50,515 bases of DNA from Acidobacteriota bacterium (GCA_022821265.1 JAJEDW010000200.1:1-50515), one strand, 5' to 3'; numbered from the stretch's first letter, positions 36,009-44,624 are shown. Translations and numbers: made by a program. The notes: a model not told the origin generated them from the letters alone.

Positions 36009-36698
36009 CTACGCGTCGAGGACGTAGTCCCGCTCGACGAGGGTTCCGGGTTCGCCCGGATACTTCAAGAGCTCCAGGGCGTCGGCGAGAACGCGTGACT
36101 GGAGAGGGGCCTCTCCGGGCCGGCCCAGCGACTGCCCGATCGGGAACGGCTTGGGACGGAGCGCGCGCGGGGGCCCGGCCTGCTCGGACTCCTCCGGCGA
36201 AACCGTGATCAGAACCGTCGAGATTCCCATGCATTCGATGGCGCGCTGTATCGTGACGACCGTCCGATGACAGAGCGGTCAGCCGCCGGTGAGCACGACC
36301 GCGTCGGGGCGCGTGCGCGCCACGGCTTCGGCGATCTCCCAACTCGTCTCTTCCTTGAGCTTCCGCAGTTGGGTGGTCAACCCCATGGAGAAATGCGCTT
36401 CGGCGACCTTCCCGAACACGCCCTCCCGCTGCAGCGCTCTCAGGCGATCGACGGGGAACACGCAGTTGATGTCGGCGTCGGCCGCCGTCGTGTCGTAGTG
36501 GCCCGCCGACACGCGCAGGTCGGACGCGGCCGCGTCCCCGGGTATGACGCGGAAGGTCGGATCGTTGTCGCCGAACGGCTCGGCGCCCTCCGGGTGGACG
36601 CCGGCGGTGGTGACCAAGCCGACGCGGGACTCTCCCAGGGCCCGTTTGAACGGGGTGTAGGGTATGCAGGCCCGGGCGAGTTGGGGAGTCACGGACAT
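36009..36698 (-). CDS. Short GrdB-family (glycine/sarcosine/betaine reductase component B-like) predicted selenoprotein; UGA 36281..36279 read as Sec in LTGG-U-PLC
   Basis: The track ORFs 36279..36974 (C-terminal part) and 36009..36230 are in the same frame, joined by TGA plus 16 sense codons. HYDTT..INCVFPVDRLRALQREG and DAVVLTGG-U-PLCHRTVVTIQRAIECMGISTVLIT parallel the GrdB Sec region (ILTSTUGTCTRCGATMVKEIERAGIP, from memory). Confidence 0.8.
36246..36273 (-). promoter_or_regulatory. SECIS-like hairpin with a GGUC apical loop
   Basis: The minus-strand RNA CUGUCAUCGGAC-GGUC-GUCACGAUACAG forms 11 bp with two single-nt bulges. The apical loop lies 18-21 nt 3' of the UGA. The GGUC loop resembles the E. 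coli fdhF SECIS apex. Confidence 0.65.
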
Positions 36699-36748
36699 GG
36701 ATCCACGAACGGCACGGGACCCGAGGGTCCCATGCCGCCCCCGCCGGA

Positions 36749-37228
36749 TCAGTCGTCGAGTTTCTTCAATTCCTCGAACAGCACGGAATTCTTGGGCTGG
36801 TCGCCGATCTCGTGCACGTCGACATAGCGGATCACGCCCTGCTTGTCGATGATGAAAATCGCGCGTTCGGCGAAGCCTTCCCGGCGCAGGACGTTGTATT
36901 GGAGGGCCACGTGTCCGTGCGGAAAGAAATCGCTCAACAGCGGATAGGACAGCCCGCCGAGCGATTCCGCCCACGCCTTGTTGCTGAAGATCGAATCGAT
37001 GCTGATGCCCATGACCTGGGCATCGTACCGGTCGAACTCGGAGAGATCCTCCTCGTACGCCGGCATCTGCAGGGTTCAGACCGGAGTGAACGCAACGGGG
37101 TAGAAGGCGATGACGACGTTCTTCTTCCCCTTGAAGCTGGACAGCGTGACTTCCGTGTCCAGGTGCGAGTTGAGCGTGAAGTCGGGCGCCTCGTCGCCCA
37201 CCTTGAGCTCGTTCGTCGGGTTCGGCAT
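36749..37228 (-). CDS. AhpE-like peroxiredoxin, predicted selenoprotein (UGA 37078..37076 read as Sec at the peroxidatic position: AFYPVAFTPV-U-T)
   Basis: ATG 37228..37226 is preceded by AGAGGAG. 54 sense codons (MPNPTNELKVGDEAPDFTLNS...VVIAFYPVAFTPV) run in frame through the TGA into the track ORF 36749..37066 (ISIDS, YPLLSDFFPHG, IFIIDKQG). Confidence 0.8.
37019..37061 (-). promoter_or_regulatory. Possible SECIS region (GGCGUAC...GUAC-GAU-GCC outer stem, GGAGG-AUC-UCUCC apex)
   Basis: The stem-loop apex lies about 29-31 nt 3' of the UGA. It is less canonical than the other two hairpins. Confidence 0.3.
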
Positions 37229-37412
37229 GAAATCTCCTCTCTGGTCAGTTGCGCCGCCCGGCCCGTGGTGACCGGCGACCGGATAGGATAAGCAATCTCC
37301 GGCTCAAAATCACCCCCTGCGCGGATTTCGGTGACGCACGGTTGCGGCACCCCAATGCCTTGTCGTACAGGCGAGAGCTGGACCCAAGCTTTTCGAAGCG
37401 GCCGCGTACCGG

Positions 37413-37541
37413 TTACGCTCGCGGCCGGTCGCCCGAACCACGTTCGTGCGCTGCAACCGCCAGTGGACGGTCCGCATCGGTCAGAGCGCCGGGCGCTTCC
37501 ATGAGCTTGTAGAGATACGTCGTGTCGAGGAGGACCTGCAC
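37413..37541 (-). pseudogene. Truncated PIN-domain (VapC-like) toxin remnant, 42 codons
   Basis: The GTG start is 4 nt after the phd stop. VQVLLDTTYLYKLMEAPGALTDADR matches the N-terminus of PIN toxins, but the frame stops after 42 aa. No PIN C-terminal motifs appear in any frame downstream. Confidence 0.5.
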
Positions 37542-37544
37542 GGC

Positions 37545-37826
37545 CTACTCGTCGCGTTCGTCGTCCAGTCCGAGGACATGGCGGCTGAGCACGGGATCGT
37601 GGAAGGCCGCTTCCATGGCGTCCACTTCGTCCGACGGCGCGTTCTCGATCCCCAGGCGGCGTCGCGCCGCTTCCAGCTTCTCGAAATCGATCCCGCCGCG
37701 ACGGTCGCAGCGCACAAGCTCCGCGGCAGGCCGCCCATGCTTCGTGATGATCACACGCTCGCCGTTACGGGCGGCCGCGACCAGTTCGGAGAGCCGTGCT
37801 TTCGCGTCGCGAATGGCAAGTTCCAT
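37545..37826 (-). CDS. Phd/YefM-family antitoxin
   Basis: MELAIRDAKARLSELVAAARNGERVIITKHGRPAAELV is a typical Phd/YefM N-terminal domain. RBS GGAG. The rest of the 755-aa ORF is a shadow. Confidence 0.8.
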   Translation of the reverse strand: MELAIRDAKARLSELVAAARNGERVIITKHGRPAAELVRCDRRGGIDFEKLEAARRRLGIENAPSDEVDAMEAAFHDPVLSRHVLGLDDERDE

Positions 37827-37993
37827 GACGGGTGGCTCCAGTCGTTTTGCCGTTGTCATCACTATGCCCCGGGGCGGCGGCGCATTCAAGACCATATCGT
37901 GACCACATCGTTCATAACGAGGCGTGACCGAACGGATCGGGTTCGACTTCAGCGCCGTCGGCGGCCACGTCCGATTCGGCCGCGCCCGCGGCG

Positions 37994-38602
37994 TCACTCC
38001 GGAGTCAACCAGCCGAGAAAGACGAACCCGCCGACGAGCAATACGAGAAAGACGATCGCCAGGAGCTCGAAGTACCGGTCGATGAACACGCGAATCCGCG
38101 CCCCGAACGTGCGGATCAGAGCGCCGATCAGGAAGTAGCGCAGCGAGCGCATCACGGCCGACGTCGCAATGAAGACGCCGAAGTTCACGTCGAACACGCC
38201 GGCCGTGATCGTCGCCACCTTGTACGGGATGGGCGTGAGCGCGGCCGCGGCGACGGCCAGCGCGTTGTATTCGTCGTACAGCTCCGCGATGCGCGCGTAG
38301 TGGCCTTCGTAACCGTAGAGCCGGACGAGCGGTTCGCCGATCAGATCGTAGAACTCGTGGCCGATCAGATACCCGAACGCGCCGCCCAGGACCGATCCCG
38401 TGCTGGTGATCAGCGCGAAGCGGAACGCGCGCGCCGGCACGGACACGGCCAGGGCGATGAACAGCGGCTCGGGCGGGATCGGGAAGAACGACGACTCCGC
38501 GAACGCGACGACGAACAGCGCCCAGGATCCGTACGGGCTGTCGGCCCATCCGAGCACCCAGTCGTACATTCGCCGCATCCACGTGGTCACCGGTCCGAGC
38601 AT
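37994..38602 (-). CDS. DedA/VTT-domain membrane protein (YqaA-like)
   Basis: FAESSFFPIPPEPLFIAL, GSVLGGAFGYLIG, and multiple TM helices. The start is uncertain (38602, 38578 or 38695). Confidence 0.75.
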   Translation of the reverse strand: MLGPVTTWMRRMYDWVLGWADSPYGSWALFVVAFAESSFFPIPPEPLFIALAVSVPARAFRFALITSTGSVLGGAFGYLIGHEFYDLIGEPLVRLYGYEGHYARIAELYDEYNALAVAAAALTPIPYKVATITAGVFDVNFGVFIATSAVMRSLRYFLIGALIRTFGARIRVFIDRYFELLAIVFLVLLVGGFVFLGWLTPE

Positions 38603-38699
38603 GGCCGTCGACGACGTTAGCACAGCCCGGGAGAGCCCGAGGGCGCCTCGGCTTCGGTGATATGATCCGGTGGCCCATGGCGCCGGGTCCGGCATCCAG

Positions 38700-39578
38700 A
38701 TGAAGATCGCGATACTCGGAGCGAGCGGACAGTTGGGCTCCGACCTGCGGGAGTGCCTGAACGGTCACGAGTTGACGGCGTTCACCCGGGAGGACTTCGA
38801 CGTTCGCGACCAGCCGGCCGCGTTGGAGCACCTGACGCGGATCCGACCGGACGTCATAGTCAACACGACGGCCTTCCACCAGGTCGATCTCTGCGAATCC
38901 CGGGCCGACGACGCGTTCGCCGTCAACACGGTCGCCGTCTACGGGCTGGCCGCGATCGCGAACCGGTTGGGGGCCAAGCTGGTGCACATCAGCACCGACT
39001 ACGTGCTCTCGGGTGACGGAAGCCGGCCGCTGTCGGAGGACGATGCGCCGTGTCCGGTCAACGTCTACGCCCAATCCAAGCTCGCCGGGGAGTACGTTGT
39101 CCGCAACGTCGCCGACCGGCACCTGCTGATCCGGACCTCGGGCCTCTATGGCGCGGCGGGCGGCGCGGGAAGGGGCGGCAACTTCGTCGAGACCATGATC
39201 CGGAAGGCCGGGAACGGGGAACACGCCCGCATCGTCGATGACCAGATCGTCTCGCCGACGTGGACCGGCGACCTCGCCCCGCAGATCGCGTCCATGTTGG
39301 ACAACGACCTCGAGGGGCTGTTCCACGCATCGGCCGAGGGCAGTTGCTCCTGGTACGCGTTCGCCACCACCGTAGCGTCGCTGTGCGGACTCGCCGCGTC
39401 GTTCACGGCGACGACCAGCCGGGCTTACGGCAGCCCGGCGCCGCGGCCGGCCTACTCCGTGCTCGAGAACGCGCGCCTGGAGCGGCTCGGGCTCAACCGC
39501 ATGCTCGATTGGAGGGACGGCCTGGCGCGGTATCTCCAGGTCCGGCACGGCATAGCGCCCGGCGCGCCGCATCCATGA
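38700..39578 (+). CDS. rfbD: dTDP-4-dehydrorhamnose reductase
   Basis: MKIAILGASGQLG, HISTDYVLSG, YAQSKLAGE, WYAFA, and RPAYSVL. Confidence 0.85.
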   Translation: MKIAILGASGQLGSDLRECLNGHELTAFTREDFDVRDQPAALEHLTRIRPDVIVNTTAFHQVDLCESRADDAFAVNTVAVYGLAAIANRLGAKLVHISTDYVLSGDGSRPLSEDDAPCPVNVYAQSKLAGEYVVRNVADRHLLIRTSGLYGAAGGAGRGGNFVETMIRKAGNGEHARIVDDQIVSPTWTGDLAPQIASMLDNDLEGLFHASAEGSCSWYAFATTVASLCGLAASFTATTSRAYGSPAPRPAYSVLENARLERLGLNRMLDWRDGLARYLQVRHGIAPGAPHP

Positions 39579-40774
39579 ACATCCTGTTCCTGACGGCGTA
39601 CCCGCCCGTCCTGGACATGCACGGCGGCGGGGTCCGGATGTACCACAATATCCGGATTCTGGGCCGTAGACACCGTGTGCACGTCGTCTCATACGTGGAG
39701 AGCGACGAGGAACGCGACCGTCTCGGAAAGATCGGCGGAATCTGCGAGTCGGTCCGGGCGGTCGTCCGCGCGCCCGGCCGCGCGGCTGGCCGCCGGTTCC
39801 GGACCCCCGCACAGATCCGCGGATTCGACCTCCCCGAGATGCGCCGGGCCGTCGAGGAGACGCGCCGCCGGCACGCCATCGACGTCGTCCAGTGCGAGTA
39901 CGTGGAGATGGCGCTGTTCCACGCCGCCGACGCGTTCTCGGTCTGGACCGTCACGGATCTGTTGTCCCCCGGTCACCGGGAGCGGTTCGAGTCGGCGACG
40001 CGTCCGCTGGAGCGGGCCCGCTGGTACCGGCGCTGGAAGTCCATGGCGCGCTTCGAAACCCGCGCGGCCACCCGATTCGACCGCGTGGTGGCGATGACGC
40101 CCGACGATGCGGCCCACATCCGCCGCCGCGCGCCCGGCGCGGACGTCCGCGACATTCCGATCGGAGTGGACAGCCGCCGCTACGCGCCGCTCGATCCCGA
40201 CCCCGCCGCCCCCCTGCGGGTCGTGTTCCTGGGAAACCACCGACATGCGCCCAACCTGGAAGCGGTGGTTTTCATACGGGACCAACTCGCGCCGATGCTG
40301 CCCTCGCTCCGATTCGAGGTCGCCGGGCGCGGTCTGCCCAACGGCATGCTCGACGGCAGCCCCGTCCGCGATGTGGGCTTCCAGGCCGACACGCGCGGCC
40401 TGTATCGACGGCCGAACACCATCGTCGTGGCGCCGCTGTTCTCGGGTCGCGGGCAACGGGTCAAGCTGCTGGAAGCCTTCGCGATGGGCGTTCCGGTGGT
40501 CGCGACGACGTTGGCGGCGGCCGGTTTTCCGGTGCGCGACGGGAAGGAGGCCCGGATCGCCGAAACGGCGGACGATTTCCGCTCCGCACTGGCGGCGCTC
40601 GGCGAATCCAGAGATCTGCGGGAAGATCTCGGCTCCAATGGCCGCCGGATGGTACTGGACCGGTTCGAATGGGACATACTGGCGGACCGGTTTCTCGAAG
40701 TCGTCGAACCGGGCCCGGATTTCGACGGCCGGGGGAAGGGACGATGGAATCGACAGCCCGGATCGATGTCCTGA
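39575..40774 (+). CDS. Glycosyltransferase, GT4 (GT-B) family
   Basis: ATGA overlap with rfbD. MNILFLTAYPP start. C-terminal GRGQRVKLLEAFAMGVPVVAT (E-x7-E region). Confidence 0.8.
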   Translation: MNILFLTAYPPVLDMHGGGVRMYHNIRILGRRHRVHVVSYVESDEERDRLGKIGGICESVRAVVRAPGRAAGRRFRTPAQIRGFDLPEMRRAVEETRRRHAIDVVQCEYVEMALFHAADAFSVWTVTDLLSPGHRERFESATRPLERARWYRRWKSMARFETRAATRFDRVVAMTPDDAAHIRRRAPGADVRDIPIGVDSRRYAPLDPDPAAPLRVVFLGNHRHAPNLEAVVFIRDQLAPMLPSLRFEVAGRGLPNGMLDGSPVRDVGFQADTRGLYRRPNTIVVAPLFSGRGQRVKLLEAFAMGVPVVATTLAAAGFPVRDGKEARIAETADDFRSALAALGESRDLREDLGSNGRRMVLDRFEWDILADRFLEVVEPGPDFDGRGKGRWNRQPGSMS

Positions 40775-41631
40775 CGCTCTTTCACAACGATCGACGCCGG
40801 GTCGGTTCGTTCGTGGACGCGCTCGGACGCACGTCGATTCCGATCACCCTCCACGTCCTGGACAACGGTTCGGCGGACGGGACCGCCGATGCTCTGGCCG
40901 CCCGCCTTCCCGAGTTCGAATTCCCGGTTCGGATGCACCGGTCGATGCGCAACCTCGGTTTCGCGGCCGGCATGAACCGGCTGGCCCGCCAAGCCGACGG
41001 CGAGTTCATGTTTCTCCTGAACTCCGACGCCCGCCCCGCGCCCGACGTCATCGAGCGGCTCGCGGCGCGGGCCCGCTCGGACGCCCGCATCGGGATCTGC
41101 GAGGCGCGCCAGGCGCCGCACGCACACCCGAAAGCGGTCGATCCGGCAACCGGGGAAACGACGTGGTGCTCGGGCGCCGCGGCGTTGATTCGCCGGGCGG
41201 CCTTCGAAGAGCTCGGCGGTTTCGACGAGACGCTGTACTTCATGTACTGCGAAGACATCGATCTGAGTTGGAGACTGTGGCTGAACGGGTGGAAGTGCGT
41301 CCACGTTCCCGACGCCATCGTGGAGCATCCGGCCGGAGGCTCGCCGGACCCCGGCCGGGCGGCCCGCAGGCCCTCGCGGCACTATTTCAGCTTCCGCAAT
41401 TCGCTCTTCATCTATCACCGGTTCCGAAAACCGGGCGACGGACGCGTCCTGGCGGGCTTCCTGTCGAAGCGATTCGCGTCCCGGCGCTATTCGTTCCTCA
41501 GCAAGGCCCTGTTCGCGATTGCGTTCGTGGATCACATTCGCTATATTCCGTACTTGCGACGGACCCGGCCAAGGGACGGGTACCGGGATCATCCGTGGGT
41601 TCGGCTCAACGAAACATCGCTGGCGGAATGA
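40744..41631 (+). CDS. Glycosyltransferase family 2
   Basis: IDVLTLFHND, LDNGSADGT, FLLNSDA, and GGFDETLYFMYCEDIDLSWR. Confidence 0.8.
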   Translation: MESTARIDVLTLFHNDRRRVGSFVDALGRTSIPITLHVLDNGSADGTADALAARLPEFEFPVRMHRSMRNLGFAAGMNRLARQADGEFMFLLNSDARPAPDVIERLAARARSDARIGICEARQAPHAHPKAVDPATGETTWCSGAAALIRRAAFEELGGFDETLYFMYCEDIDLSWRLWLNGWKCVHVPDAIVEHPAGGSPDPGRAARRPSRHYFSFRNSLFIYHRFRKPGDGRVLAGFLSKRFASRRYSFLSKALFAIAFVDHIRYIPYLRRTRPRDGYRDHPWVRLNETSLAE

Positions 41632-41752
41632 GCGGGAGCTGCCCGGAATCCGGGCGGTTCCGCCGCTCGAACCACGGAAAGGCGCAGCTCGGGGGGATGA
41701 CGACGCGGTTGGGTCAATCGATTATTCTCAAACGAACTTCCGGGCTCTGTCA

Positions 41753-42745
41753 GTGCATACACTATCGGTCGTAATTCCCACGCTCAATCGTGCGGATCTG
41801 CTGGCCCGTACGATCCATTCCATCGAATCCCAGACGATTCCCCGGGACCGTTACGAGGTCATCGTCGTCGACAACAACTCGGACGACGAAACGCAACGCG
41901 TGCTCGCGGAAAGCGCCGACCGGTATCCGAACCTCCAGTTCGCGACAGAGACGCGGCCCGGCGCGGCCGTCACGCGGAACACGGGGCTTCAACGGGCCGG
42001 CGGGGACGTGGTCCTGTTCATCGACGACGACATCGAGGCCGACCCCGACCTGATCGAGGCTCACCTGAAGATCCACGCGACGGAAGCCGACGCCTCGGTG
42101 ATCGGAACGATCCGGACCCAGTGGGAAGCGACACGGGACCCGTTTCTCCGCTACCTGAGGGATCGCCGAATCTACAATCCCTACACGCTGAGCGGCGGGC
42201 GGATGGATTTTTCCTCCTACCACACCGGCAACGTGTCCACGCCCCGCCATCTTCTGAACGCCGTCGGCGGCTTCGACGAACGCTTCGCGGTCTACGGGAT
42301 GGAGGACATCGAGCTGGGCTACCGACTGGAACGCATCGGCTCGGTCATGATTCCGGGAGCGGACGCCATCGGAACTCACAATTATGCGCCGACGTTCACG
42401 CAATTCACGGAACGTTGCGAGTTGGCCGGCTTCTCCCTCGGACTGATGCTTGCGCTGCACCCCGAACTCCGAAGCCGGTTTACGGAAAACAGCGCCGTCA
42501 CCCGGGTTCTGCGTCCCTTCCACAAGGCATACCGTGCGGTCGTCCCGTTCATCGAACCGGCCGTTCGTACTCTGAGCCTGCTGGATTCCCGCCAAGGAAC
42601 GGGTCCGGTTTCCGTGCCGCTGGCATTCCACTTCGGTTGGGCCCTTCGGTACCACTTCTTCGTCGGCTACTCCCGCTATCTGGCCGTCGCCCGCGGGCCG
42701 ATGGTGGCCGTCAAGGCCCGTCCCGTCGAGGAGTCCGGAGACTGA
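41753..42745 (+). CDS. Glycosyltransferase family 2
   Basis: LSVVIPTLNR, VVDNNSDDET, LFIDDDI, and GGFDERFAVYGMEDIELGYR. The GTG start is tentative. Confidence 0.75.
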   Translation: MHTLSVVIPTLNRADLLARTIHSIESQTIPRDRYEVIVVDNNSDDETQRVLAESADRYPNLQFATETRPGAAVTRNTGLQRAGGDVVLFIDDDIEADPDLIEAHLKIHATEADASVIGTIRTQWEATRDPFLRYLRDRRIYNPYTLSGGRMDFSSYHTGNVSTPRHLLNAVGGFDERFAVYGMEDIELGYRLERIGSVMIPGADAIGTHNYAPTFTQFTERCELAGFSLGLMLALHPELRSRFTENSAVTRVLRPFHKAYRAVVPFIEPAVRTLSLLDSRQGTGPVSVPLAFHFGWALRYHFFVGYSRYLAVARGPMVAVKARPVEESGD

Positions 42746-42859
42746 CGGAGATTCCGGTGCGCGGTGGATTGGGCTGACCGACGCCGCTGGGAACCGAACA
42801 CGGATCCACGTTCGACTTTTTCGGCGTTCACGGCGTCTTCCGAAGTGTGAGGCCGGATC

Positions 42860-43411
42860 TTGAGCCTGGAACGCGCCGACGACAGCAAGATCATCGAGAG
42901 GGTGCTCGCCGGAGACGCCAACGCGTTCAATCTCCTGGTCTGGCAGTGGGAGAAGCCGATCTACAACTACATCTTGCGAATGGTCCGCAGTCCGGACGAC
43001 GCCATGGACCTGTGCCAGGACAGCTTCATCAAGGCGTTCGAGGAGCTCGGCAAGCTCAAGGAACGCGACCGGTTCTCGGCCTGGCTGTACCGGATCGCGC
43101 ACAACGTGTGCTACTCGCGGTTCCGCAAGGACCGCGGCAAGATCTTCGTCGAGCTGGACCCGGACTTCGGCGCCGCGCGGATTCCCATCGAGGGCCGGCT
43201 GGACGTGGAGAAGGCGCTGGACGCGCTGCCGGAAGACCAGCGTGAAGTGGTTGTGCTGAAGGTGTATCAGGGCCTGAAGTTCGACGAGATCGCCGCCGTG
43301 CAGGGCGCGCCCGTGTCGACCGTCAAGTCGCGGTTGTACATGGGTTTCGAAAAAATGAAATCGGTTCTGGACGATGGCGCGCGCGCGCGTCCTCGGCCCG
43401 GAACGTCATGA
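42860..43411 (+). CDS. ECF-type RNA polymerase sigma-70 factor
   Basis: Region 2 (DAMDLCQDSFIKAF, FSAWLYRIAHNV) and region 4 (LPEDQREVVVLKVYQGLKFDEIAAVQGAPVSTVKSRL). Confidence 0.9.
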   Translation: MSLERADDSKIIERVLAGDANAFNLLVWQWEKPIYNYILRMVRSPDDAMDLCQDSFIKAFEELGKLKERDRFSAWLYRIAHNVCYSRFRKDRGKIFVELDPDFGAARIPIEGRLDVEKALDALPEDQREVVVLKVYQGLKFDEIAAVQGAPVSTVKSRLYMGFEKMKSVLDDGARARPRPGTS

Positions 43412-43424
43412 ACGGGTGAATCCG

Positions 43425-44081
43425 ATGTCCCATCTTGAAGACAGGCTCGCCGAATTCGTATTCGAGGAACTGTCCGCCGGCGAAATGGAGACGGCGCGTC
43501 AACACGTCGCCCGGTGCATGGAGTGCCAGGGCCGCGTCGCCGAGTTCCGCGGCGTCCGCGATTGGCTGGGACAATCGCCCGACGTGGACGTTCCGCGACG
43601 CACGGTCTTCGTACCCGAGGCGCCTCGCAAGAGGTTCCCGAGCGGGTGGGGACTCGCATGGACCGTGCCGACGGGTCTCGCGGCGGCCGTCCTGCTGGCG
43701 GTGGTCTGGGCCGGCCCGTTCCAGTTGGATTGGGACGACGCGGGCCTTCGGATCGCGTTCGGGGCGGGGGCCGATCCGGAGGCCGTCGCCACTGCGCTCC
43801 CGGCGATCGATTACGACAGCCTGGACTACTCACAGATCGAGGCGCGCATCCAGCCCGTCGTGCAAGCGCGGCTGGAATCGGTTCTAGCCGAACGCGACGC
43901 CGAATGGAGCCGGCTGCTCGAGGCGCGGATCGAGGCGAGCGAGGAAACCCGGCGCCTGGACCTTCTTCGGGTCCGCGCCGACATGGGGAACCTGTACGAC
44001 GGGCAGCGCAGCGTCGAGCGCGATATCTTCAGGCAGAACGCGGCGCTGCAGGAGTTCGCCGATCTGCGGGGGCTCGAATAG
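43425..44081 (+). CDS. Anti-sigma factor (zf-HC2), single-pass membrane protein
   Basis: HVARCMECQ (Hx3Cx2C). TM segment LAWTVPTGLAAAVLLAVVWAG. It immediately follows the ECF sigma gene. Confidence 0.75.
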   Translation: MSHLEDRLAEFVFEELSAGEMETARQHVARCMECQGRVAEFRGVRDWLGQSPDVDVPRRTVFVPEAPRKRFPSGWGLAWTVPTGLAAAVLLAVVWAGPFQLDWDDAGLRIAFGAGADPEAVATALPAIDYDSLDYSQIEARIQPVVQARLESVLAERDAEWSRLLEARIEASEETRRLDLLRVRADMGNLYDGQRSVERDIFRQNAALQEFADLRGLE

Positions 44082-44090
44082 GGAACGACG

Positions 44091-44624
44091 ATGACACGCC
44101 GCATAATGACGGGACTGGCGTCGCTGGCCCTGCTGGGCCTGGGGGCGCCCCGCGCCGTTCCGGCCGCGGCCGACGTCGACCCCGAGCAGGCCCTGGCCCT
44201 GACCGCGGCCATCGACGCCCGCCTCGGGGCGATCGTTCCGACCGTGTTCCAGGAAGCCAAGGCGACGTATCTGGAAGACTACGGCCTGGTCGTCACGGCC
44301 GAGGTGGCGCTGGCGCCGCCCCGCAACCCGTTCGTCGGGCCCGGCGATCCCGACTTGATCCGCAGCCAGAGCGTGGCGCGCCTGGACGCGCTCGAAGATG
44401 GCGCCGTCGAGGTGTTGGGCGAACAGGTGCCGGAGATCGACGGCCTGACGGCCGAGGAGCGGGTCACCCTGGTGATCTACCTGATCAACCCGAACCCGGT
44501 CGACCTGCCGGACCTGCCCGCGCAACTGGTGTTCGCGGTCCGGAAGAGCGACGCCGACGCGCTTCGCTCCGGGGCCCTGGACGATGCCGCCTTCCGCCAA
44601 CGCGTCAACATTCGGGAAGACTGA
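44091..44624 (+). CDS. Secreted hypothetical protein
   Basis: Signal peptide MTRRIMTGLASLALLGLGAPRAVPAAA. Ordinary composition. No family recognised. Confidence 0.55.
   Translation: MTRRIMTGLASLALLGLGAPRAVPAAADVDPEQALALTAAIDARLGAIVPTVFQEAKATYLEDYGLVVTAEVALAPPRNPFVGPGDPDLIRSQSVARLDALEDGAVEVLGEQVPEIDGLTAEERVTLVIYLINPNPVDLPDLPAQLVFAVRKSDADALRSGALDDAAFRQRVNIRED

Noticed and set aside
36009-36698. Calling the GrdB-like gene a bona fide glycine/betaine/sarcosine reductase subunit
   Set aside because: The protein is about half the length of GrdB, and no grdA/C/D/E or prd genes are nearby. Only family membership is claimed.
37827-39812. Upstream 660 aa of the 755-aa minus-strand ORF 37545..39812
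   Set aside because: Low-complexity sequence that overlaps the DedA gene (another frame) and is antisense to rfbD and the GT4 gene. Only the last 93 aa (Phd/YefM antitoxin with its own RBS) look real.
41753-41762. GTGCATACACT resembling the TGCTACACT extended -10 motif
   Set aside because: It lies at the proposed start of the GT2 coding region, and the conserved VVIPTLNR motif begins just downstream. A promoter there would truncate the gene, so this is probably coincidence.
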